Positions 26,020 to 34,557 of a stretch of DNA of 38,857 nucleotides are shown here, piece after piece. The DNA is from a virus. Its lineage: Duplodnaviria; Caudoviricetes. Made by a program: the position numbers and the translations under genes. Positions within the stretch are counted from its first letter, which is position 1. Each line of letters begins with the position of its first letter. The notes beneath the pieces are model-generated. The model was not told the origin of the DNA and made no database searches. It saw nothing but the letters and a program-made list of their open reading frames with translations. The stretch is taken from positions 1 through 38,857 of IMG/VR virus record IMGVR_UViG_3300004151_000005. One strand, written 5' to 3'.

Positions 26020-26400
26020 ATGATCGGATATCATTATACAACATACAGAAATTGGTTAAAAATTAGAAAAGAAGGATTAATACCACAAGTAGATAAAGAT
26101 GGAGTATTTGATTACAAAGATATAATTTGGCTATGGCCTAAGATACTTTCAATCAAAGAAACTATTTATTTTATAACATATTTATTTCTAAGATCTAATG
26201 ATAATATAATTACTTTATTAGCAGTTAATTATAATAAGAATCAACTTATTATTAAAAATGGATCACCGGTTAAAATGGTTCATTGTTTTAGTTTAAATAA
26301 TTATTATAACCATGATGAGTTATCTATAACCTTAGATAAAAAAGTAGATCCAAAAAATATAAAATTATTAAAAATTTATGATTTTAAAAAGATGATATAA
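26020..26400 (+). CDS. possible ADP-ribosyltransferase-fold (Tpt1/KptA-like) protein
   Basis: YHYTT..NW..I.KEGL.P...IWL motif. Confidence 0.45.
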   Translation: MIGYHYTTYRNWLKIRKEGLIPQVDKDGVFDYKDIIWLWPKILSIKETIYFITYLFLRSNDNIITLLAVNYNKNQLIIKNGSPVKMVHCFSLNNYYNHDELSITLDKKVDPKNIKLLKIYDFKKMI

Positions 26401-26440
26401 TACATCTAGAGGAGCAGGGGAAACCCTAAATGCTAGATGT
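26393..26440 (+). promoter_or_regulatory. extended -10 promoter and start-codon-sequestering hairpin
   Basis: TGATATAAT (26393-26401); ACATCTAG/CTAGATGT arms; AGGG-GAAA-CCCT. Confidence 0.5.
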
Positions 26441-26682
26441 TTATATACAAGACAACTACAAAATACAAAGACATTCCACAAAACACTTTCTTAAAGTTTA
26501 ATAGAAGTTATCAATACTTTGAATCAGTTGATAAAGAAAGTAAATATAAAATAACCAATGATGAATCATTCCATAATCCACACTTAATAATTATAGATAG
26601 AGAAATACTACCAACTAATAAACAAAAGAGTAGAGAATGGAATCCGTTTAATAAAGATATTAAAGATTGGAAAAGAAAATGA
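26437..26682 (+). CDS. hypothetical protein
   Basis: ORF track. Confidence 0.55.
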   Translation: MFIYKTTTKYKDIPQNTFLKFNRSYQYFESVDKESKYKITNDESFHNPHLIIIDREILPTNKQKSREWNPFNKDIKDWKRK

Positions 26683-26996
26683 CAAACGAAGAAATATTAT
26701 CAAAATCAATAGATAAAGCTAAAAAAAATGGTTACAAAACTGTATATTCAGGAGAAGATTTAGTTGATTTTTTAGATGATGTTTATATGGAATATGGTAT
26801 TAAAGGAGATTATAGTTTTATTTTTTCTCACAATTTTGCTAAAGCATTTTTTGGAAAAGGAGAAGAAATATATGATTGTGAATTTTGTGATGTACCAAAT
26901 GATTTTTATTTAGGAATGATACCAACTTGGAAACATAAATTAATGCAAATGGTATTAGAAGAAGATCCAATTAAATATTTAGAAAAATTTCTATGA
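26679..26996 (+). CDS. conserved phage hypothetical protein
   Basis: IFSHNFAKAFFG...W..L.QMVL..DPIKYL motif; ATGA overlap. Confidence 0.65.
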   Translation: MTNEEILSKSIDKAKKNGYKTVYSGEDLVDFLDDVYMEYGIKGDYSFIFSHNFAKAFFGKGEEIYDCEFCDVPNDFYLGMIPTWKHKLMQMVLEEDPIKYLEKFL

Positions 26997-27298
26997 AAAA
27001 AATAAAAGAAGATAAAGTAAAATTTGTACATTCTCAAACTATAAAATTAAAAGCATCTACTCCACTAATACCAATAGAGTTAGACTTTGGATCAAATGGA
27101 ACACCTGATATTAAAAAGTTCTTAATAGAAAGAATGGGAAGTAACTCTATAAGATTTGTAATGCCTATACCAGAAGAAGACTTTGAAAAACAAAAGAAAG
27201 ATGTAGAAAAGAAACTAGAAGCAATAGACAAAGCTCAAACAATGATAAATGATGCTAATCAAATAGCAAAGAAAGATTTAACGGTAGGAGATTGTTAA
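26993..27298 (+). CDS. hypothetical protein
   Basis: ATGA overlap. Confidence 0.55.
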   Translation: MKKIKEDKVKFVHSQTIKLKASTPLIPIELDFGSNGTPDIKKFLIERMGSNSIRFVMPIPEEDFEKQKKDVEKKLEAIDKAQTMINDANQIAKKDLTVGDC

Positions 27299-27514
27299 AT
27301 GATATTAGATAAAGAATTAGTAGAAGAAATAGACAGACTACAACAAGTAATTGATAAGAAGATAAAACACAGTAAACAAATGATTAAGTTTATAGATACA
27401 GTAAACATTAAACTAAAAGAGTTTGGAAAGAAATGGAATATAGATATAAAAGAAATAGGAAAGAATATTAAAGAAAGTAATTTAGAAGAAATAAAACAAT
27501 TAAAGAAACTTTAG
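27299..27514 (+). CDS. hypothetical protein
   Basis: AGGAG upstream. Confidence 0.55.
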   Translation: MILDKELVEEIDRLQQVIDKKIKHSKQMIKFIDTVNIKLKEFGKKWNIDIKEIGKNIKESNLEEIKQLKKL

Positions 27515-27527
27515 TGTGTTATATTCC
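27515..27527 (+). promoter_or_regulatory. putative late promoter motif (TGTGTTATATTCC), copy 4
   Basis: Marks the start of the packaging module. Confidence 0.65.
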
Positions 27528-27570
27528 TAATTGTTAAGATACGATTAATTATCAAACATCTAACAAAACT

Positions 27571-27984
27571 ATGAATAAAGATAAGGCTAATTTAAGACAA
27601 AGAAAGTTAGCAAAATATATGGCGGAAAACGTCGGAAAATCAATGGAACAGGCAATGTTAGACTTAGGGTATAGTGCAAGTTATGCTAATAGTTCTGATA
27701 AGATAAAGAAAACTAAAGGTTGGAAGTATTTAATGAGAAAAGTATTACCTAATAGTCTTTTAGTTAAAGTAGCTCAAGAAGGATTAAGTGCTACTATGGT
27801 TAAAACATCACTTACTGAACCAGATAGAGAATTACCTGATTTCGCTGTAAGACAAAGATACTTAGAAACTGCTTTAAAAATGAGAGGTAAATTAATTGAG
27901 AAGACTGATATTAAATCTGGTGGTAAAGCAATTATCCCTTCTATTCAATACATAATCCCTAATGATAATAATTCCAAAGATTGA
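27571..27984 (+). CDS. terS: terminase small subunit
   Basis: QAM..GYS HTH, C-terminal KTDIKSGG, directly upstream of TerL. Confidence 0.75.
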   Translation: MNKDKANLRQRKLAKYMAENVGKSMEQAMLDLGYSASYANSSDKIKKTKGWKYLMRKVLPNSLLVKVAQEGLSATMVKTSLTEPDRELPDFAVRQRYLETALKMRGKLIEKTDIKSGGKAIIPSIQYIIPNDNNSKD

Positions 27985-29356
27985 ACCAACTCTTAAACAG
28001 TATGAAGTTGATTTAAAACTGCAAGATAAGATTACTAAGAATGTATTCTTTGGTGGTGGTGCTGGTGGTGGTAAAACTTGGGAAATATGCCAATGGTTAA
28101 TAACTCAATGCTTAATCTATCCAAATACTAAATGGTTTATAGGAAGAAATGAATTAAAACGTTTAATGGGTTCTACTTACTTAACATTTAGAAAAGTCCA
28201 ATCAAAATTAGGAATACCAGAGAGTTATTTTAAACTTAATGGTCAATATAATTATATAGAATGTGAGAATGGTTCAAGAATAGATTTAATTGATGTAAAG
28301 TATTTACCAAGTGATCCTATGTATGAGAGATTTGGTTCTACTGAATATACTGGTGGAGCAGGAGAAGAAGTAGGTGAGTGGCACTTCTTAGCATTTGATG
28401 TTCTTAAATCTCGTATAGGTCGTCATCTTAATCAAGAACTAAATATTATGCCTAAGTTCTTACTTACTTGTAATCCTACTAAGAATTGGGTTTATCGTGT
28501 TGCTTACAAACCTTGGAAGAATGGAACATTACCTAAAGATTATGCTTTCATTCAATCACTTTACAAAGACAATCCTTATACTGCTGATAGTTATGGTGAA
28601 CAATTAAGAGGAATACAAGATAAAACAATGAGGGAAAGATTAATGAATGGTAATTGGGATTATGATGATACTGATAACTCATTAGTTACTTATGATGCAA
28701 TATTAGACTTATTTACTAATACTATCTCTAAAAGCTATGAGAAGTATTTAACTTGTGATGCTGCTAGATTTGGTGGAGATAGAATACCTATTTCTTGTTG
28801 GGAAGGTCTTAATCTATATAAACTTAAACTTAAAAGTCTACAGAGTACAGATGTTACTGCTCTAGATATTAAATCAACTGCTAGTGAAGAACAAATACCA
28901 TACAGTCAATCAATCATTGATGAAGATGGTGTTGGTGGTGGAGTATTAGATCAATGCCGGGGAATGAAAGGATTTGTAAACAATTCAAGTCCAATAGAAG
29001 TTAATGATCCAAGTGGAGTAATAACAGACAAACTAATTAAACAAAACTTTACTAATCTAAAATCTCAATGTGCTTTTATGTTAGCTGATAAAATTAATAA
29101 GCATGAGATATGTATTACAGCCGAGATAGATGAAGTTACTAAAGATTTAATTATTACTGAATTACAGCAATTAAGAAAAAGAGTTACTAATGATGATACT
29201 AAACTATCTCTTATAACTAAAGATGAAATGAAAGAGAATATAGGACATTCACCGGACTTACTAGACTCAATGATTATGAGAATGTATTTTGAACTAAAAC
29301 CAAGAACTGTATTTATTAATAATCCCGTAGGTGGATATGACTTACTAGACATCTAA
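27962..29356 (+). CDS. terL: terminase large subunit
   Basis: Walker A GGAGGGKT, Walker B ..GEE, TCNP, nuclease DAARFGGD and SPDLLDS. Confidence 0.95.
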   Translation: MIIIPKIEPTLKQYEVDLKLQDKITKNVFFGGGAGGGKTWEICQWLITQCLIYPNTKWFIGRNELKRLMGSTYLTFRKVQSKLGIPESYFKLNGQYNYIECENGSRIDLIDVKYLPSDPMYERFGSTEYTGGAGEEVGEWHFLAFDVLKSRIGRHLNQELNIMPKFLLTCNPTKNWVYRVAYKPWKNGTLPKDYAFIQSLYKDNPYTADSYGEQLRGIQDKTMRERLMNGNWDYDDTDNSLVTYDAILDLFTNTISKSYEKYLTCDAARFGGDRIPISCWEGLNLYKLKLKSLQSTDVTALDIKSTASEEQIPYSQSIIDEDGVGGGVLDQCRGMKGFVNNSSPIEVNDPSGVITDKLIKQNFTNLKSQCAFMLADKINKHEICITAEIDEVTKDLIITELQQLRKRVTNDDTKLSLITKDEMKENIGHSPDLLDSMIMRMYFELKPRTVFINNPVGGYDLLDI

Positions 29357-29358
29357 AG

Positions 29359-29370
29359 TATGTTATATTC
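29359..29370 (+). promoter_or_regulatory. putative late promoter motif (TATGTTATATTC), copy 5
   Basis: Between TerL and portal. Confidence 0.65.
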
Positions 29371-29394
29371 TCCTCATAGTAATACAAACCAATT

Positions 29395-31191
29395 ATGATT
29401 AGTGAAAAAATAATAACCAAAGATAAATTAAAGTTCCTTTGTGATTCTTCAATCAATGATAACTATCAATTCAGAGAAAGAAGACACGACCAATGGACTG
29501 AAAACTATACACTGTATAGAGATAAAGTAACTACTAATAGATTAACTCAAACTCAATCAGTCAATATCCCTTTAATGAAACAAACCATCAAGACTCTTTT
29601 AAGTAAGACTGATGATTTTGTTGTCTTAAACTTCACTAATAATGATAATGATAAAGATAAAGAAATTTTCTACAATGCTTATTGGGATAAGATAACTGAA
29701 CAAGATAGATTAGAGATTAAAGACATTGTTGATAAGAAACAAGTATTTTTATATGGCCGTTCCTTTAAATCCTTAAACATAATTAATGGTGAAATTAAGA
29801 TAGATGTGTGTGATGTATTTGATATTTCAGTTGATAGATATGTAAAGACTACAGACTTAGATAGTGCTAAATCCTTAGTCCATTCTAATATATATACAAC
29901 CTTAGCTGACTTAGAATTAAACGAAAGTTATGATAAAGATGCTGTTAAAAGATTAAGAGAATACTTTGAAACTGACCAAGGTTTAGTTAAAGCTAGTGAG
30001 AACCAAGAACAATACGAAGAAAAATTAGATAGATTAAAAGATATGGGTGATGACTATGCAGAGAATCCAATGATTGGTCATACTGTAGTCGCTTTACAAT
30101 ATGTATTCCAAAAAGTATGGAATCCAATAGAGAAAGATGAAGAGATAATATTTAACATAATGGCTGAAGGTGAATTAATCTATTCAGAGTTCTTAGAAAC
30201 AGTTATTGGTATTACTGAAGATAATTACTGGAGACACCACTACCCTTATACTACTTGGGCTGATGATGTAGAAAATACTGATTTCTGGTCTGATGGTGTT
30301 GCTGATAGTGTTCGTACTCCTAATAAAGTACTTAACTCTTGGTTTAGTCAAATGATAATGAATCGTACTCTAAGAAACTTAGGTATGACTTATTATAATT
30401 CAACTACTGCTGCTGGAACTGATGGTGCATTTGTACCTCAAACATACGAACCAAAGGCTTTTGGTTTCTATCCAGTCCCCGGTAATCCAAATGATTTAAT
30501 GAAGAATGTTGAAGTACCTCAATTAACAGGTAATTTAGATGATATGAATTTTGTTATCGGTGTAGCTGAAAAAGCTAGTGCTGCTACTGCTATTACACAA
30601 GGTGTTAGTGAACAAAGAAAAATTACTTTAGGTGAAGTTGAACTATTAGCTGGTAATGCTACTGAACGTATTCAATCAATGTCTAAGTTCTACATCCAAG
30701 GTTGGAAAGATACAGGTATTAAATATACTAAGTTAATAGAAGCTGCTGGTGATGGTATTAAGACTTATAAACTATACAAGAAAGGTTTTAAAGGTAATAT
30801 ATTCGCACAAGAAGTTGGATTTAATGATTGGAAGACTGCTAGTGGTTATAGTGTAGAAGTTACTACTAAAGAAGATGAAAAGACTAAAAATACTGAACAA
30901 CTACAGAATCTAAATGCTGCTAAACAATATTTACCTACTAATCAAAAATTAGCTGAACTAATGAAAAAGAAGATATTAGCTTTATCTCTTGATCCAGAAG
31001 AAGTACAAGAAGTTATGGATGAAGAAGCAAAGACTCTTGAACAACAAGCTAATATGTTGGAGCAACAAACTATGGCTGCTAGACCAAATGTTTTACAACC
31101 ACAAAATACTGAATTAGAATCTATTCAAAATCAAGCACAATCAGTGCTAGGAACAAATGCCAACACCACAACAAGTACAACAATCGCTTAA
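29395..31191 (+). CDS. portal protein (P22-like)
   Basis: 598 aa after TerL; PY..W..FW..GV, TLGEV motif, Q-rich C-terminal barrel. Confidence 0.85.
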   Translation: MISEKIITKDKLKFLCDSSINDNYQFRERRHDQWTENYTLYRDKVTTNRLTQTQSVNIPLMKQTIKTLLSKTDDFVVLNFTNNDNDKDKEIFYNAYWDKITEQDRLEIKDIVDKKQVFLYGRSFKSLNIINGEIKIDVCDVFDISVDRYVKTTDLDSAKSLVHSNIYTTLADLELNESYDKDAVKRLREYFETDQGLVKASENQEQYEEKLDRLKDMGDDYAENPMIGHTVVALQYVFQKVWNPIEKDEEIIFNIMAEGELIYSEFLETVIGITEDNYWRHHYPYTTWADDVENTDFWSDGVADSVRTPNKVLNSWFSQMIMNRTLRNLGMTYYNSTTAAGTDGAFVPQTYEPKAFGFYPVPGNPNDLMKNVEVPQLTGNLDDMNFVIGVAEKASAATAITQGVSEQRKITLGEVELLAGNATERIQSMSKFYIQGWKDTGIKYTKLIEAAGDGIKTYKLYKKGFKGNIFAQEVGFNDWKTASGYSVEVTTKEDEKTKNTEQLQNLNAAKQYLPTNQKLAELMKKKILALSLDPEEVQEVMDEEAKTLEQQANMLEQQTMAARPNVLQPQNTELESIQNQAQSVLGTNANTTTSTTIA

Positions 31192-33052
31192 TCTTGTCAA
31201 AGAAAAACAAGATAGAGAAAGAGCAGAAGCTAAACATAAAGAAACTAACGATAAGTTGGATAATCTTAACGAGTCAATCAAAAGTTTAGGTTTAAAAGAT
31301 AACATAAATGATATATTAGACGAGATTAAGAATATTAAAATAGAAGTTCCAACTGTTGAAGTAAAGACTCCTGATATTAATATCCCTGAAATTAAATTAC
31401 CGGACATTAAAGTAACAGTTCCAGAGATAAAGATACCAGAGATTAAAGTACCTGTTTGTAATGTTACAGTTCCAGAACCAACTGTCATTATTAATAATCC
31501 AGAAGAAATTAAAGTAACAGAGCCTAATTGGTTACAAAAAATAACTAATCCAATAGTTGAAGCGATAAAGAACAAGGTAATAGATAAATTCGTTCTTCCT
31601 AAGACTGCTAATGAAGCTATCCCAGTTAGACTATCTAATGGAAAGAAATTTTATGAAGTATTAAGCAATATTGGAACTCAAATAGGTGGTGCAGTTGATA
31701 CCAGTAAAATAGAAGATAGACTAGATATAAGTAATGATTTATTAACAGAAATAGAAACTAGCCAAGATACTCAAATCCAACAAGTTACTGATGTAACCAA
31801 TACTAATACTCATACTGGAAATAAAGAATTAAGAACTTATCAAGAAAACCATATCTGTATTGAAAACACTACCAATACTCCACTCGGTGCTAATGGAGTC
31901 TTTACTGGTCAATGGCAGTATGTTTTAAACTATTCAGAAATTAGGATAAGTGTTATTTCTAATCAAAATAGTGCTACTGATGGATTGGCTATTCAATGGT
32001 CTACTGATGGTATTAATGCAATCTCTGGAGTTGAAGATAACTTTACTATAATGGCTAATAAGGGTAAGGCTTTTAGTACTCCAAGAAACTGGCCTTATTT
32101 TAGAATTGTTTATACTAACGGAACTGTATCTCAAGGAACATTTAATTTAATATCACAAGTTGATAGAATGGCTTCTAAGGGTTCGTCTCATAGAATAGCC
32201 GACAATATAGTTGGAGATGATGATGCTATCTTAACTAAGGGAGTTGTTACTGGACTTCGTGATGATGGAGTTTTTGGTAATGCTTTACTTGATAATGAGA
32301 ATAGGCTTGAAGTATCATCTCAACCTTACTTATACGGTATTGCTGAAAATGCTATTGCTGGACATACTCCTCTACTTAAATTCGGTACAAGAACATCTAT
32401 TGCTGCTAATACCCAGAGTTTAATTTGGGAAGGTACGAATGCTCTATATACCTACCTAACTTCAGCAGAACAATTAAAAGTATCCAGTTCTTCGGCTCAA
32501 GATGGAGTTGGCGGTACTGGAATATTAACCTTAACCTTAGTTGGACTTGATGGAAACTTTAACGAAATAACTGAAACAGTTACAATGAATGGAATAACAG
32601 TAGTAACAACAACTGCTTCATTTATTCGTATATTTAGAGCCTATGGTGCTACTTCTGGCAGTTCATCTACTAATGTAGGTAATATAACGATTACTAATAA
32701 TGCTGGAACAAATCAATTAGTTTATATACCTGCAGGTGATGGTCAAACACTAATGACACTATGGACTGTACCAGCAGGAAAGGTCGCTTATTTAACTCAA
32801 GTAACAGCTTCTAATGATTCTGGTAAAGGTGCTAGATTTAGTCTTTATACTAGACTTAATGATGGTGGAATAACCTACCCTTGGGCTATTAAATACCGAG
32901 CTTATTTAGTTGGTGGAAATGAAGTAATACCTTTTAACATACCATTTAAAATACCAGCTAAAACAGATATTGAAATTAGATTTACCACCCCAACTGCTGC
33001 TGGTGTAACTGCTGGTGGTGCTACATTTGAACTCTGGTTTGAGTCGGTATAA
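31157..33052 (+). CDS. virion structural protein with Pro-rich stalk and C-terminal beta domains
   Basis: Coiled coil, PEIKI/PDIKV repeats, PYFRIVYTNG jelly-roll-like domain, C-terminal TVPAGK..YL..IPAKTDIE domain. Confidence 0.55.
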   Translation: MPTPQQVQQSLNLVKEKQDRERAEAKHKETNDKLDNLNESIKSLGLKDNINDILDEIKNIKIEVPTVEVKTPDINIPEIKLPDIKVTVPEIKIPEIKVPVCNVTVPEPTVIINNPEEIKVTEPNWLQKITNPIVEAIKNKVIDKFVLPKTANEAIPVRLSNGKKFYEVLSNIGTQIGGAVDTSKIEDRLDISNDLLTEIETSQDTQIQQVTDVTNTNTHTGNKELRTYQENHICIENTTNTPLGANGVFTGQWQYVLNYSEIRISVISNQNSATDGLAIQWSTDGINAISGVEDNFTIMANKGKAFSTPRNWPYFRIVYTNGTVSQGTFNLISQVDRMASKGSSHRIADNIVGDDDAILTKGVVTGLRDDGVFGNALLDNENRLEVSSQPYLYGIAENAIAGHTPLLKFGTRTSIAANTQSLIWEGTNALYTYLTSAEQLKVSSSSAQDGVGGTGILTLTLVGLDGNFNEITETVTMNGITVVTTTASFIRIFRAYGATSGSSSTNVGNITITNNAGTNQLVYIPAGDGQTLMTLWTVPAGKVAYLTQVTASNDSGKGARFSLYTRLNDGGITYPWAIKYRAYLVGGNEVIPFNIPFKIPAKTDIEIRFTTPTAAGVTAGGATFELWFESV

Positions 33053-33054
33053 AG

Positions 33055-33066
33055 TATGTTATATTG
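33055..33066 (+). promoter_or_regulatory. putative late promoter motif variant (TATGTTATATTG), copy 6
   Basis: After the stop at 33052. Confidence 0.55.
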
Positions 33067-33079
33067 TACCCAGTTAAAT

Positions 33080-33106
33080 ATTTAAACCCTATTAGATAGG
33101 ACAAAT
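33080..33106 (+). promoter_or_regulatory. conserved RNA hairpin motif, copy 1
   Basis: ATTT-AAAC-CCTAT-TAG-ATAGG-AC-AAAT. Confidence 0.6.
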
Positions 33107-33111
33107 AAATT

Positions 33112-33426
33112 ATGAGTATTGCAGATCAATTGTTAGATAAGATTGGTGTTAGTTTTGAAAAACTTACTCCCGAAGAAAGAAGTACTTACTTTGATATGCT
33201 TAAAGTTGAAGAAACTAAAGCTATATCTATTGATGAGTGGAAAGAATTTATATCCCAAATGATTATCGGTATTCAAAGTGCCTTAGTGGAATCTAAAGAT
33301 GGTACTGATGAAAGTAAACAATTTAAATCACGTCTAAAAAATATGATTGTATTACAAAATTTCTTAGATTCACCAATTAAAGCTAAACAAGCCCTAGATA
33401 AATATTATAAAAATTATAAATTATAA
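33112..33426 (+). CDS. hypothetical head-module protein
   Basis: ORF track, synteny. Confidence 0.65.
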   Translation: MSIADQLLDKIGVSFEKLTPEERSTYFDMLKVEETKAISIDEWKEFISQMIIGIQSALVESKDGTDESKQFKSRLKNMIVLQNFLDSPIKAKQALDKYYKNYKL

Positions 33427-33430
33427 AACT

Positions 33431-33640
33431 ATGATAAATAGAAACACACTACCACAAGATGTCCAAGATATTTTAAATGATATCTTAAATAAAGATTTAG
33501 AAGATTTAAACGAAGAAGAACTTTGTTTTCTTAGTGCTAGAAAGGCTTACCTAAACAATAGAGAGATAGAAACATTTTTAGAAGTAAAACCTATTATTAA
33601 AAACGTTATTAAAAGAACTACCAAAAAAGGTAGAAAATAA
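33431..33640 (+). CDS. hypothetical head-module protein with basic tail
   Basis: L.EEE..FL.AR..YL motif. Confidence 0.6.
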   Translation: MINRNTLPQDVQDILNDILNKDLEDLNEEELCFLSARKAYLNNREIETFLEVKPIIKNVIKRTTKKGRK

Positions 33641-33647
33641 TTATTAA

Positions 33648-33675
33648 TTTTAAACTCCCTATTTAGGGAACAAAA
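33648..33675 (+). promoter_or_regulatory. conserved RNA hairpin motif, copy 2
   Basis: TTTT-AAAC-TCCCT-ATTT-AGGGA-AC-AAAA. Confidence 0.6.
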
Positions 33676-33677
33676 CT

Positions 33678-34430
33678 ATGGAACCAATAGACAATCGTGA
33701 AGAAATCGTTGTTGATGACGATAAGTTATTAGAAGAATTAGAAGAACTGGATGATGAAGAGAATAAACCAGTTGAAGAAGTTGACGAGGAAATAAAAGTA
33801 GATGAAGTTAAAAAAGAAGAAGTCAAAGTAGAACCAGAAAAGCCAAAGGTTGACTATGAAGCTAAATTTAAAGCATCTAGTCAAGAAGCTATGGTTATGA
33901 AAGCTAAACTAGATGAAATAGAAGCTGAAAAGAATAAACCAGTGGTTATTGATGATACTTATATGAAGTCTAACTATCCTGATTGGGAAGATATGACTAC
34001 TACTGAACAAAGATTAGCTAAAGGTTTAGAAGAAACTAAACAAGCTAATAAAGAATTAACCGCCAAGACTAATGAATATAATAATGATAGACGATGGAGA
34101 GACCAAATTGATGAAACAGTAGACGATTTAGAGTTTATTGAGAAATATCCAGCTATTAAAAATAAAACAGAAGAATTTAAAAGATTCTGTACTAAACCTA
34201 GTAGAAAAGGTGTTGATATGGATGTTTTAACTTCAGCTTTCTTATTTGAATATAAAGAACCAGAGAAAGAATTAAGAACTATATTTAAAAATACTGATGG
34301 TGGACATGATAAGGTTGACCCAAAAAGAGGATTAACATTAGAAGAATCACAAGTATTAAGAAAGGCTAGTAATTCTAAGTTTATGGATAAATTAAAGGAT
34401 CCTAAATACGACCCATTAGCTGATTTATAA
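33678..34430 (+). CDS. capsid scaffolding protein
   Basis: Acidic N-terminus, coiled coil, directly upstream of the capsid gene. Confidence 0.75.
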   Translation: MEPIDNREEIVVDDDKLLEELEELDDEENKPVEEVDEEIKVDEVKKEEVKVEPEKPKVDYEAKFKASSQEAMVMKAKLDEIEAEKNKPVVIDDTYMKSNYPDWEDMTTTEQRLAKGLEETKQANKELTAKTNEYNNDRRWRDQIDETVDDLEFIEKYPAIKNKTEEFKRFCTKPSRKGVDMDVLTSAFLFEYKEPEKELRTIFKNTDGGHDKVDPKRGLTLEESQVLRKASNSKFMDKLKDPKYDPLADL

Positions 34431-34468
34431 GTAATTAAATCAAATCATCTACTTGCATTGAAAAAATT

Positions 34469-34481
34469 TGTGTTATATTCC
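34469..34481 (+). promoter_or_regulatory. putative late promoter motif (TGTGTTATATTCC), copy 7
   Basis: Upstream of the major capsid gene. Confidence 0.65.
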
Positions 34482-34487
34482 AAGTAG

Positions 34488-34519
34488 AAAACTAAACTCC
34501 TTCTTTAGGGAACAGTTTT
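34488..34519 (+). promoter_or_regulatory. conserved RNA hairpin motif, copy 3
   Basis: AAAACT-AAAC-TCCTT-CTTT-AGGGA-AC-AGTTTT. Confidence 0.6.
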
Positions 34520-34557
34520 AATATTTATTATTATTGTTTTATTGAAGGAGTTTTTTT

